DNA from: an uncultured Planctomycetota bacterium
Lineage (GTDB): Bacteria > Planctomycetota > Planctomycetia > Isosphaerales > Isosphaeraceae
Direction: 5' to 3'
NCBI GenBank assembly: GCA_963823665.1
Contig: CAWGMQ010000003.1
Span: 1,280,001-1,344,000 of the forward strand
Length of the DNA stretch: 64,000 nucleotides
A program made the translations under genes and the position numbers. Of this stretch, positions 33,428-45,012 are shown in pieces. The notes beneath the pieces were generated by a model. It was not told the DNA's origin. It made no database searches and worked only from the letters and a program-made list of their open reading frames with translations. Each line of letters opens with the position of its first letter. The stretch's first letter is position 1.

Positions 33428-36400
33428 TCACTCGTCTGGCGGGAAATCGCGCAGGAATCGGGCGCTGTAATTGGTGCCTTCGACGAGGTGCTCATCCTCC
33501 TCGACGAACGCGCCGCGCGGCGCGGGGAAGTAGCTGTAGAGGATCGGCATCATGTACCGCGTCAAGAACAGAGTGCAGAGCATCGCACCCACGACGACGA
33601 TGGCCAGCGGCTTCTGCGCCTGAGAACCGATCGACGTGGCAATGGCGGCGGGAAAGAGGCCGAGTGCGGCCGTCAACGAGGTCATGACGACCGGCCGGAC
33701 GCGCAGCTCCGGAGCCCGCAAGCAGGTTTCCCACACCGAATATCCCCGTGCGCATCTGGTTGCAATACGTGACCAGGAGCACCCCGTCTTGAACGGCCAC
33801 GCCGAACACGGAGACGAACCCTACGGCTCCTGAAATGCTGAAGTGCGTGCCCGTGAGGTAGAGTGCAAAGATGCCTCCCATCGCGGCCTCGAGCACGTTG
33901 ACCATGACGAGCAGACAGTCTTTCACGGACGAGAACATCGAATAGAGCAGCATCATGATCAGACCGAGCGAAATCGGGATGATCCACATCAAGCGAGTAT
34001 TCGCCTCCTCCATCTGTTCAAACTCGCCCGACCAGTCGAGCTCGTATCCTTCGGGAAGTTTGACGCCGGTCACGGGATCATCCACCTTCCTCATCGCCTC
34101 GTGAATGGCCGAGGCCAGATCGCGACCGCGCACGCCGAATTTGATCGGCAGGTAGCGCTGGTTTCCTTCCCGGTAAATGTACGCGGCTCCGGAATCGTGC
34201 GACTTGATCTCGGTCAACTGGGAGAGAGGAACACGGTAAGCGGGACTTTCCTCCGACATTGCCGGAACGTCGACCAGAATTCGCCCGATAACCTCGGGAT
34301 CGTTGCGCAGCTCAGGAGGAAGCCTCAGCACGATATCGAAGAGCTTCTCGCGCTCCACCATCTGCGAGAAAGCTTCGCCGCCGATGGCCACCTGTACAAC
34401 TTTCTCGACGTCGGCCACATTGACTCCGTGGCGCGCGCAGTCGTCGCGGTCGATCTCGATCAAGAGATTGGGCTGTCCGACGACGTGGAACATGCCGACG
34501 TTCTCGATCCCAGGGACTGTCCGCAAGACGTTCGTGACGCGCTGGCCCAGCTCTTCAAGCTCGTTCAGGTCCGTACCCTTGATCTTCACCGAGTTCGCGC
34601 CCTTGACCCCGGAAAGGGCCTCTTCCACGTTGTCGCGGATGTACTGGGAGAAATTGAAGTTGATCCCTGGAAACTCCTTGAATTTCTCCATCAGCTCCGC
34701 TTCCATGTCCTCGCGGCTGATGGTCTCGTCCCAGAGCTTTTGGCCGAAAAGGGTGAATGGCTTCTTCCGCCACTGTTCCATGGGCTTGAGGGGCGCTCCG
34801 AACTCGAGGTTGAAGAAGCTGGTCGGGTCGGTTCCGTCGTCGGGACGGCCCAACTGAGAGATGACCCGGTCGACTTCGGGAACGCTGCCGATCAGCTCGC
34901 GCAGCCGGGGAGCCATCGAGGCGGCGTACTCGCGCGAGACCGTTCGAGGCAGGATGGCCCGAATCCACAGGTATCCCTCTTCGAGCGGGGGCATGAAGAT
35001 CGCCCCCAGATGCGGAACCAGATAGAGTGACCAGCAAAACAGCGAGACCATGACCGCCATTGTCACGCGTCGATGCCTGAGCACCCAGGAGAGCGCACGG
35101 AGGTAGCGCAGCTTCATGATCTTGTCGAGCCAGGTGTCCGGCGCCTCTTTCTTGTTCACGAAGAGGAACGAACAGAGCACCGGGGCCAGGGTCACCGACA
35201 TGAGCAGAGCGCCGGCGATAGCGAATGCATATGTGTTAGCCATCGGACCGAACAATGCACCCTCCGGGCCGGTCATCGAGAACAGCGGAATGAACGCCGC
35301 GATGATGATGAGCGTGGAATAGAACAGGGCCCGCTCGATTTCGGTCGACGCGTCGATGATCCGGTCGATCAGCGGCCGCGACCGGTCGGCGTTCGGTGCC
35401 GTCACGTGCCGGTAAATGTTCTCGACGATGATTGTGGAACTGTCGACGATGATGCCGAAATCGACCGCACCGATCGAAAGCAGATTGGCCGACTTGCCCT
35501 GCAGGAACAGCACCGTTACCGAGAACAAGAGCGCCAGCGGGATCATGATCGCCACGATCGCTGCGCTCGCAATATCACCCAGAAAGACGAAGAGGATCGC
35601 GATGACCAGGCCCATTCCCATCAGCAAATTGTGCCTGACATTATGTGTTGTGACATGGACAAGCTCGGTGCGTTGATTGAAAATCCGGATCTTCATCCCC
35701 GGGGGCAGGAGCTTCCGCTTCTCGATCTCCTTGAGCTTCTCCTCGGCCTCGCTAGATACGTCGAGTGACTTCTCATACTTCCGCATCAAGATGATGCCCT
35801 GGACCACGTCGTTTTCCGATTTGCCCTCCTGATCCCGGCCGATGATGCCCAGACGCGGCTGATGGCCTTCGACCACCTTGGCGACGTGGTGCACGAGTAT
35901 GGGAGCACCCAAGTACTGCGTGATGACGACGTTGCGTATGCCCTCGAGTTTCTTTTCGACGATATCCGCCCGATCGCGAGCGTGTGCCGGGTCGAGTGGG
36001 TCTTCCCCCTTGCCGAGCAACCCGATCCCCCGCACGTTGTGCGACTGGCTGCCCAGCGTGAGGATGTCGCCGCCGATGTTGGCGTTCGATTTGGAAATCG
36101 CGTCCTCGACTTGCTGGAGCGTGATGCCGTAGTGGCCGAGCTGCCACGGGTCGACAAGCACCTGGTATTGCTTGACGGTACCGCCGAACCCGGTTACATC
36201 AATGACGCCCGGCACGGTCTTGAGCTGTCGTTCGAGCACCCAGTCCTGCACCGCTTTCAGCTCGTTGAGAGTGTAACCAGGCCCTTCGATCACATAACGG
36301 ACGATCTCGCCGGTCGGGCTCCACGGCGAAAGCATGGGAGTCGTGTTCGCCGGGAGATTCGCGATCATCGCGATCCGGTTGATCACCTCCTGGCGAGCCC

Positions 36401-36713
36401 TGAAGTAATCGGTCCCGTAAGTGAACACGCACTTTATGTCGCTCAAACCGGCGATCGTCGTGCTGCGCAGGCGGTGGAGACCGGGCATACCGTTCAAGGC
36501 GATCTCGATCGGGATGGTGACCAGCCGCTCCATCTCTTCAGGGCTAGCGCCCGGACTCTGTGTGATCACCTCCACGAGCGGCGGTGTCGGGTCTGGATAT
36601 GCTTCGATGTTGAGGTGGTAGGCCGAATAGAGCCCCACGCCGATCAGCATCACCGCGCCGAGGAGCACAATCAGACGGTTGTGCAAGCTCCAGGTGATGA
36701 TGGCGCGGACCAT
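33428..36713 (-). CDS. CzcA/CusA-family heavy-metal RND permease (frameshift near 33740)
   Basis: IEAYPD, GAVDFGIIVDSSTIIVENI, EGALFGPMA, GRPDDGTD, GVAVQDG, then RVRPVVMT in the next frame. Confidence 0.93.
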
Positions 36714-36989
36714 GGTAGAAACCGCTCGCGTGGGTCAGTCGTTCGCCGGGCCGGTTGGCGATAGGGAGTGGTTCTTTGAGCGATCCCAGCTTAATCGCCC
36801 CCGGAGCTATGGAACAAGGGTCCAGATAACGCCGAAAATCGGGGCACTCGCGGTGCAAGCAGATTGGCCGTTGATGATAAGTACCTGACAACTGGCGCAG
36901 GTATCTTTACAGATCGATCGGGGTCGCCGGATAATTGATATGAGGCATCGAACCATCCGTCAGTTATTCCAATAGAAGGCGAGCTTACT

Positions 36990-38387
36990 GTGAGCCGTGT
37001 CGAAACCGAATCGGTGCAGCTCGCCGAACCGATGGTCGCCGCGCCGCGCCGCCCGACGAGGCGGCGGAGATCGGTTCTCGGAGTTTCCGTGCTGACCTTG
37101 CTTCTCGTGGGCGGAGTGAGCGCGGCGATTTACACATCCAGCGTGGGATTGGCTCGGGCCCGGCGAGAGGTCGCCTCGGTGATCGGTTCCGTTCGAGGGG
37201 CGGTTTCCGACGTAACACCGATCGCCAATCCGATCGAGAACAAGCCCCGAGCCCCGTGGGATGGCTTGGTGAAGGTCGCTTCGGACGAAGTCAAGAGCAT
37301 CGGCGTGCTGATCGCTACGGTCCAGCCGCAAACCGAACCGATCAAGCTCGAGTTGCCGGGGCGCACCTCGTATGACCCAAACTCACTGACCAAGATCCGG
37401 CCCCGATTTGACACGCTTGTCGAGCGGGTGCGAGTCGAGCTCGGTCAGAAGGTATCCAAGGGCGATCCGCTCCTGGACCTCTACAGCACGGATCTCGCCG
37501 CGGCCAAGAATGATTTTCAGACGGCCTATGTCCAGTGGCAGCATGACCTGACCCTGCGCACCCTGCGCGAAAGCCTGTTCAACACGAAGGCGATCGCCGA
37601 GCAGCTTCTCGTTGACACGCGAAACGACGAAAACAAGAGCCGGCTGGCTGTCACGACGGCACGTCAGAAGTTGCTCGTACTGGGTGTGCCCGAAGATCAG
37701 ATCGATCCACTGGTCAAGAACCTCCGCCCCGCCGATCTGCCCGACAAGGACGATATTCGTCGCGTGGTCGACAAGGCGAAGATGACCCGTCTCTCTCCTG
37801 TCAACGGCATCGTCATTGTGCGTGACGTCGTTCCCGGTAATTTTTATGACACCAATGACGTGCTGATGGTCATAGCTCCGCTCGACCACCTGTTCGTGTG
37901 GGTGAACGTGTATGAGGCCGATCAGGTGAAAGTTGCGATGGGACAGCACATGGAGATCCGGTTTCCGTACCTCGAAGATACGATTCTCGGCACCGTGCAG
38001 TACGTCGCGACTGAGGTCTCGAAGGATACCCACGCGATCAAGATCCGAGCATCCATTCCCAATCCTGACGGCAAACTCAAAGCGGACATGCTGGTGAGAG
38101 CCTCGCTTGACATTCCGCGGGTCAAGGGCCAGACCGTGATTCCTCGTCTGGCCGTCGTCGTCATGAACGGCCACGAATATGCGTTCGTCCGCAAGCCGGG
38201 AACCAAGCCCGATGAGCCCGTGCAGTTTGAGAGACGAAAGCTTGTGCTCGCCGAAGAGCGATTTGACCATATCGTCGTCGCCAGCGGACTGACTGCCGGT
38301 GAAGAGGTCGCGTCGTACGGGAGCCTGGTCCTCGCGCAGCTTTTTGAGGATCAGCAGATGGTCGCGACCGGTATGCCGTTGCAATGA
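36990..38387 (+). CDS. RND periplasmic adaptor (CzcB-like)
   Basis: N-terminal TM, VELGQKVSKGDPLLDL, LSPVNGIV, WVNVYEAD, NPDGKLKADM. Confidence 0.9.
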   Translation: MSRVETESVQLAEPMVAAPRRPTRRRRSVLGVSVLTLLLVGGVSAAIYTSSVGLARARREVASVIGSVRGAVSDVTPIANPIENKPRAPWDGLVKVASDEVKSIGVLIATVQPQTEPIKLELPGRTSYDPNSLTKIRPRFDTLVERVRVELGQKVSKGDPLLDLYSTDLAAAKNDFQTAYVQWQHDLTLRTLRESLFNTKAIAEQLLVDTRNDENKSRLAVTTARQKLLVLGVPEDQIDPLVKNLRPADLPDKDDIRRVVDKAKMTRLSPVNGIVIVRDVVPGNFYDTNDVLMVIAPLDHLFVWVNVYEADQVKVAMGQHMEIRFPYLEDTILGTVQYVATEVSKDTHAIKIRASIPNPDGKLKADMLVRASLDIPRVKGQTVIPRLAVVVMNGHEYAFVRKPGTKPDEPVQFERRKLVLAEERFDHIVVASGLTAGEEVASYGSLVLAQLFEDQQMVATGMPLQ

Positions 38388-38524
38388 CGAGTGGTCTGAG
38401 AAACCCGCATTGACAAATAAGACAATGCGCAGAGAATCTGCCGCTTACGCCATTTCCCGGGGGTTCTCTCCGTTCGGCGTCCGACGATGGGCGGTCAGCC
38501 CAAGATATCCAGACGAGGCGCGAG

Positions 38525-40206
38525 ATGAATCTCTGTCTGGTTTTCGTGCGCAAGCCGGGCAGGATTGTGGGTCCGCTCCGCGTGACTCGGGCCTCCGGCG
38601 CGATGATGGCGTTCATTCCGCTTCGATCCAGCATTTTCGTGCTTGGGTTCTTCACGTTAGCCGCCCAGGCCGGGGCGCAGGCTCCGACTCTCGACACGAG
38701 CGTGCCAGGGCTGGCAGGCTCCTCTTCCTCGGCACTGGGGCCCGCACCGGGTGCCGGAGGCGGTTCGCTCGGCAACCTGCCGGGCGCTGGGGGGCTTCTC
38801 GGCGGCCGAGCCGGGCCGTTCGCTCCCAAGGGCGTTCCCACCTCGGTCTCCACTCCGGGTTCCGGGATGGGCCCAACGGAATTGCAGATGCCGGTCTCGG
38901 CTCCGCAGCCGCAGCCGGTTTCGCCGACGTCGACGCCGTTCTTCGGCACACTCGAAATCCCGTCCCAGGATGACGACGGGCCACCCGAGGGCATCACCCT
39001 TGACCGGGCAATCGACATCACGCTCGAGCGCAGCCTGGATCTCCGGCAGAAGTACTACGAGATCCCGATGGCGCGAGCAGACATACTTCAGGCCAACCTT
39101 CGCTCGAACCCCATCTTCTATCAAGACGGTCAGTTGTTGCAATATCGAGGCTCAAGCACGCAGTTCACCCGGGCAGCTCCGGGCGGCCCGAGCCAATACG
39201 ATACCAACATCAGTTACCCGCTTGATATCTCACACAAGCGGCAAGCACGGACGACCGTGGCCTCGCGCGCGAGAGAGTTCTGGAGGCGAGTTACCAGGAC
39301 GCCGTCCGCAACCGGATCGACGACGTCTACACCGCCTACACGACCGCTCTGGGCGCCCGCCAGACCGTTCGGTACTCAAACGAGAGCTTGAAATCACTCG
39401 AACAGCTCCAGAGGCTCACTCAGCAGCTTCATGAAAAAGGGCAAATCGCGCTGGCCGAACTTAATGCGGTGAAGATCAAGCTCCGGATCGCGCGGCTGGG
39501 GCTCCACGATGCAGAGTCTGCGTACTTGAAGGCCAGACTGGATCTGGGCGGGCTCATGAATCTCACCAATGACGAAGCCAGATCCATGGAGCTGCGCGGC
39601 ACGATCGCCGATGTCACGCCACCTCCGCCTCCTCTCGCCGAATTGGGCCGGCTTGCCCTCGAATCCCGCCCCGACGTGGTCTCGTTCCGGATCGGCGTCG
39701 AGCGAGCGGAAGCGGACGTGCGGCTGGCCAAGGCAAACGCATACAGCGACGTCTATGTTCTCTGGCAGCCCTTCACGTTCCAGGACAACAGCCCGTACGG
39801 CCTGAAGAGCCAGTACTCGTGGGCACTGGGGGTGACCGTTCCGCTGCCGATCTACAATCGAAACCAGGGTGGAGTCGCGCGGGCCAAGCTGAACGTGTCC
39901 CAGTCCGGGCTCCAGCTTGCCGACCTGGAGCGGCAATTGCGGATCGATGTCGAGAAAGCCGTCCAGGAATACAATATCACTCGGCGCCTCGTCGCGGACT
40001 TACACGACGAGGTGATCCCCGAGGCAAAGCAAGTGCGCGACGCGGCGTTCCGGATGTGGACGGGGGGCGAAACCAGCATGATCGTCTACCTCCTGGCGCA
40101 GCTCGATTACAACGACGTCGTCAAGCGATACATCGACACCGCGGTCCGGCACAGACAGAGCATGCTCGCGCTCAACACCGCGGTCGGCCGGCGGATTTTG
40201 CCCTGA
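38525..40206 (+). CDS. TolC/CzcC-family outer membrane factor (frameshift near 39270)
   Basis: Gly/Pro-rich N-terminus, ARADILQANLRSNP, RPDV, GVTVPLPIYNRNQG, LNTAVG. Confidence 0.88.
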
Positions 40207-40240
40207 TCGAGGCGGGAACCGAGATCTCACGGAGAGGAAG

Positions 40241-41002
40241 ATGCGACGTCGAATCGAGCGCGACCGGCGGCCAGAACTGGATAGCTGCGAACCGCGCGCT
40301 GCTCGCTTCGATCACGGACGTCATGGCCGCCAACAGCCTGACGGCCGCGGCACTACGCTCCCGGGCCGTCGCCATCGGAGCCGCACAGGCCACCGCGAGC
40401 GGCTCCTCCCAATCGATCGCCATCCCTTCAAATCAAGGGCCGCTGTTACTGGATGGGATGATCAACAACATGGCACTGGCGCCGACGGGAACTCTGAGCA
40501 ATCGAGAGCTTAAACGAGAGCGATTTGTTGCGCGGTACGTGGGCACATACACCGTGGGCGCCGGACGTACCAGCGATGAAGCGATGCAGACCTTCATCAC
40601 CGGTGCGGGCACCGCCAACACGATGCTGCACTCCGATATCCAACTGCTGCTGGTCACCCCGATTAACCGCAGCTTGCCGATCGGTGGCGTCAGCGCGATA
40701 TTCGACCGCAATCTGAACACCAACACCGTGCTCGGGCTCGACGAGGGTGCGGCGCAGTCATCGCAATTCATTAACCGGATGGGGTTGCCGGCGTCCTGCC
40801 CCATGTGAGCCTGGACGTGAATCTCAGCTCCGGTACGTACGACGAGGCATACGCAGTCGGTACCATGCGGATCCATTACATGGCAACCGCCAAGCATACG
40901 CCCGGCGTCATCAGCCAGGGGCAGGCGGTTGTCACGATTCACGCTCAGATCTACACAACCAACGTCGGCTTCATTCTCCGCAATGCCAACATCGATCCGT
41001 GA
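40241..41002 (+). CDS. Hypothetical protein with LEPR-xLL-like N-terminal motif (frameshifted)
   Basis: MRRRIERDRRPELDSCEPR joins ALLASITDV... across a frameshift; a second shift near 40790 leads to ...ILRNANIDP*. Confidence 0.6.
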
Positions 41003-41200
41003 TCTCTCCGATGCGCTCGGGAACACGAGGCAATCGAAATCGAGAGGGTGCGGCGCTACAATGTGGCGAGCTGTGAGGCTTGGCTGCGCCGAGCCGATCG
41101 GGCGCGACGCTCAGCCTGTACGATCACGTGGGCGCTTTTGCGCGGACGTCGGTGCTTTGTCCTGGACCGCGGCCAGGGAATGCGAAACAGGAGGCCCGTT

Positions 41201-41689
41201 ATGGCTGACACGAAAGCGATCGTGAACGATATTCACGAGCGCCTGAGCCGGTTGGAGCGTGAATTGCGGTACTGGCGGTTGGGAGGAATACTGATCCTCT
41301 CGGTGGCGGCCGTCCTGGTCACCGGCGCCATGGCCCAACCTCCGGCCAAGGAGTTGCGCGTTGAGACCCTACGGATCGTCGACCGCGATGGCAAGGAGCG
41401 GCTCGTCCTGACCGCCGTGCCGGGAGTACCGGACATGACGTTCCTGGACCCGGGCGGCCACACACGCTTGACGCTCGACATCGCCGACGACAACAAGCCC
41501 GAGCTGGTCGTCGCCGAGTCCGGCAAGGCGAAAGCGCGGCTCACACTCGGCATCGAGAACGGGACGCCCATGCTTCAACTTTACGACCGTGAAGGGACCA
41601 GGCGCGTCGCCCTCGGAGTCCCGAAGGACGTGGGCTCTCTGATCCGAATTTTTGATGCGGATGGGCGCGTCGTGGGACGACTCCCGTGA
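41201..41689 (+). CDS. Hypothetical single-TM protein
   Basis: AGGAGG ribosome-binding site, short coiled coil, TM helix and repeated D..G..R..L beta motifs. Confidence 0.7.
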   Translation: MADTKAIVNDIHERLSRLERELRYWRLGGILILSVAAVLVTGAMAQPPAKELRVETLRIVDRDGKERLVLTAVPGVPDMTFLDPGGHTRLTLDIADDNKPELVVAESGKAKARLTLGIENGTPMLQLYDREGTRRVALGVPKDVGSLIRIFDADGRVVGRLP

Positions 41690-41751
41690 CGTCCTTCATC
41701 GAGGGGCGGACGATCATCGAGTGCTCATCAGTCGCGCGCTGCGGGCATCGC

Positions 41752-42000
41752 TTATCCGCCGTTCCCCCCCCCCGTGGCGGAATGCCCTGCCGATTTCACG
41801 GGCTCCATCACTTCCACCAACAGCATTTCAAGGAGATGGATGCCCTCTTCGTCCTGGACGACCATTGAGCGCCCTCTCGGATCACACGAAGCATTTTCCG
41901 GATGCTTGACTGTAAACGACTGGCCGCCCGCGAGCTTGACGAGGAACGGCGTGAACGGGTGCGCGGTGATCATCGTCCGTAGCTGATCGGGCGTGGCCAT
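41752..42000 (-). CDS. Small conserved hypothetical protein (PF.PF...G....V.HPE type)
   Basis: GGAGG before ATG 42000; 82 aa; a decayed copy lies at 25044-25191. Confidence 0.75.
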   Translation of the reverse strand: MATPDQLRTMITAHPFTPFLVKLAGGQSFTVKHPENASCDPRGRSMVVQDEEGIHLLEMLLVEVMEPVKSAGHSATGGGNGG

Positions 42001-42121
42001 GTACGGCCCTCCAATTGTTAAGCGCGGGCTGAGCCCGCACCATGTCAATCGTAGCCTGCACGCGCCCCCCGGCGAAAGATTCGACATTGATTCGGCTGTT
42101 TTTGCGCGGTTTCCAGAAACT

Positions 42122-42164
42122 CAGACCTCCTGCTGCGGCGACAGCCTCTATCCAGGTAGGATTC
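42122..42164 (+). promoter_or_regulatory. Conserved element upstream of ECF copy B
   Basis: CAGACC-N17-CCTCTA-N2-CAGGTAGGATTC. Confidence 0.55.
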
Positions 42165-42207
42165 AACTCGAACAGCGCTCGAGCGCGGGGATCGAGAGGA
42201 TGCGCAC

Positions 42208-44111
42208 ATGACGGGCCGAAGTGCAGCAGGAAGGCTTTCACCGGAGATCCGCTCGCTCTGGAGCTTCGGAGCGGTGGGGCTGAAGTCTGACCGCGATTTG
42301 CTCGAGAACTACATTCAAGGCGGCGACAAAGCCGAGCTGGCTTTCGGTGCACTGGTTGAGCGACATGGGCGGACCGTGCTCCGGGTATGCCGCAACGTTT
42401 TGGGGGACTGCCACCTCGCGGCGGATGCGTTTCAGGTGACGTTCCTGATCCTGGCTCGTCGGGCTGATTCCATTCGTGACCCCGCCTCGCTGGAACATTG
42501 GCTCCATCGCGTGGCGCGGCGCGTCGCCATTCGCGCGAGGGCCGCCGCCGACCGCAGGAAGCTCGGGCAATTTGTTAACTCCGCCGATATTCCCGTCAAT
42601 CATCCTGATCCACTCGAACACGACGAGATTCGCGCGATCGTCCGCGAGGAAATCGACCGTCTCGACGACGCCCTGCGCAAGCCGATCGAGCTTTGCGCCC
42701 TCGAGGGCTTCACGCACGAGGAGGCCGCCAAGCGGCTCCAATGGCCGGTCGGAACGGTCAAGAGCCGGCTGGTGCGCGGCCGCCGGCAATTGAAGGGCCG
42801 GCTGGCGCGCCGAGGGCTGCGCCTGCTCTCGCACTGGCCATCGCAGGCCGAGCTCGAGCGTCGAGTTTGGTCACATGCCCGCGCGCGCTGGCCGGGGCCA
42901 CAACTCAGGTTGTGTTCGGTAGCATGACCGGTGCGGGCGCGTACACGAACTCGGCCGCCTGTCTGCTGGGCCAGGAGCTCAGGGCCATGACGTACATGAA
43001 GTTCAAGATCGCTGCCGCAAGTCTCATCGGCGCCGTCGCGGTGATGTTGATTGGCGTTGCCATGGCCCGCTCGTTCGGGCAGCACCGTCCACCGCTCGCG
43101 GCGCAATCGCCCGGCGCCAAGGGGATTTCCATTGAAGCGACGAAGGCGTCTCAATCCGAGCATGAGAACGCTGGCGCGGCGGTCAAGCTGGCGGCTCATG
43201 GGCGAGTCGTGGATGCCGCCGGCCGGCCGGTCGCCGGGGCGACCGTATTCATTCGCGAGTGGGCGATCAAACGGACGATGGGAATGCCGGCGCACGAGAG
43301 CGAAAAACTCTGGCGCGGTGAGGAGATCGCCGACATCCTGGCCCAGAACACGACCGACGAGAATGGACGGTTTCGGTTCCAGAACGTCGATGCACCCCCA
43401 TTCCGCCACATTTCCGTTGCCGGCAAGGGATACTATCCTTGGGATCTCGTGGCGATGGCACCCGGTCATGGCGTTGCCTGGACACAGCTCACCAGAGCGA
43501 ATCAGCAATCCGAAATCAGTCTACGACTCCCCGTGGAGGAAACACTGCGCGGACGGCTGGTCGAGCCCGGAGGTAAGCCGATCGCCGGGGCGCGGATCAA
43601 AGTCTTCGGGGTCTATCCGCTCGGCCACCTGGACGCCAGAGCCGAAGACGAGCCTGTGCACCTGGACCTGACCTGGTCATCAATTCCGCTTGTCACTTCG
43701 AGCGGCGCGGACGGCGCGTTCACGCTGCGCGGTCTCCCCCGTGAGATCCAGACTTGCCTGGTCATCACGGATCCACACCATGAGCGTACACTTCTCTACG
43801 CCGCGACGACGCGGCAGCCGCAGCCCGACGTCTCCGACTATCCGGGTCAGTCAAGGGCGGACCGCAATCGGGTCTATCCCGAGGACTTCACGCTCACGCT
43901 CAAATCGAGCGATCATCGCCTTGTCGGCCGTGCGCTGCTCGAGGCCAGCGGTGAGCCGGCGGCTGGCACACGCGTGACCTGGAAGCACGGCGATTGCACA
44001 GCCGATGGCGACGGCAGGTTCGTGCTCGAGAATCTACCCGCCGGGGATATCGATCTGCACCTGGCGGCGCCCCTGCCCGACGTCGACGATCGGCTGCGGG
44101 GCATTGAATGA
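42208..44111 (+). CDS. ECF sigma-70 factor with shortened extension (copy B, frameshift near 42820)
   Basis: Close paralogue of 21632..24782; ends ...LHLAAP|LPDVDDRLRGIE. Confidence 0.88.
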
Positions 44112-44136
44112 CGCATCCACGCGGTTTTCCCGGCGA

Positions 44137-44946
44137 TCAGTCGAGGAACGCGAGATTCTGCATTGACTTTGCCTGGTTTTCGGTGTTCATGAGCACCTGG
44201 TGCCAGTCATGCAAAATGATCGTGCGATGGTCGGCGTGGCGAACCCTGCCCCGCACATACACGCCCATATTGCGCCGCATGCTCTGCCAGCCCCAGGAGA
44301 CTGCCCTTGGGTTGGCGGTGACAATGCGGCGATATTCGTGTTCCGTCACTCCGCCGGGGTGACGCCGGCAGACGTACACCGACTCACCACCCGTGCGGTA
44401 GCAGAAGTCGACCCAGTGCGGCTTGCTGCCATTGCCGCGGCTCAAAGGCTCGTTGCGGAGCACGAGCTGCTCGCTGACATGCATGTCTTTGACCGGCAGG
44501 AAAAACCACTCGCCCTGACGGCGGTATGCGGCGTTCTTGCGCCGGTTGCGAGCTTCCGCGCGAAGCCCCGCTCGTTCCTGAGCCATAACCACGTCGGGAG
44601 GCTTGAGCGCCTCCTTCGCCTGGCGCACCGTACCGACCGGTGCCGACTCGGGGATCGCCGCGACGAACCAGTGCCGTTCATCGTGGCCGCAGAGGAACTT
44701 GCGCTTCTCGCCCGCCTCTCGAACCAGAAGCAGCAGGTGCCGCTCGGCTGGCTGAACGTCGAGAACCGCCACTTCGGGATCTGCCGCGGGCGATTTGATG
44801 ACCTCGAAGAACTCCCCTTCGCGGTCCTCTCGCACATCCAACGTGATCGCGCCCGATGCGGCTCGCCTTCGATTCGACGGTCGATCGGCAACCTTCAGGC
44901 GGGCGCCGATCCTGGTGAACTTCGTGAGCAGGTTGCTGGTGTCCAT
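44137..44946 (-). CDS. Conserved hypothetical protein (FLCGHDERHWF, RQGEWFF, RHADH)
   Basis: AAGGAG ribosome-binding site; 269 aa; His-rich motifs. Confidence 0.75.
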   Translation of the reverse strand: MDTSNLLTKFTRIGARLKVADRPSNRRRAASGAITLDVREDREGEFFEVIKSPAADPEVAVLDVQPAERHLLLLVREAGEKRKFLCGHDERHWFVAAIPESAPVGTVRQAKEALKPPDVVMAQERAGLRAEARNRRKNAAYRRQGEWFFLPVKDMHVSEQLVLRNEPLSRGNGSKPHWVDFCYRTGGESVYVCRRHPGGVTEHEYRRIVTANPRAVSWGWQSMRRNMGVYVRGRVRHADHRTIILHDWHQVLMNTENQAKSMQNLAFLD

Positions 44947-45012
44947 GGCCGCGTCTCCTTGAGATAGGAGACACCTGCACCGAGATCAGGTTCGCGGCCC
45001 AAGCGCTCTTCC

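Noticed and set aside
36842..36857. Sigma54-like GGGCAC-N5-GTGCA in the RND intergenic region
   Set aside because: It mismatches both half-sites and is likely to occur by chance at this GC content.
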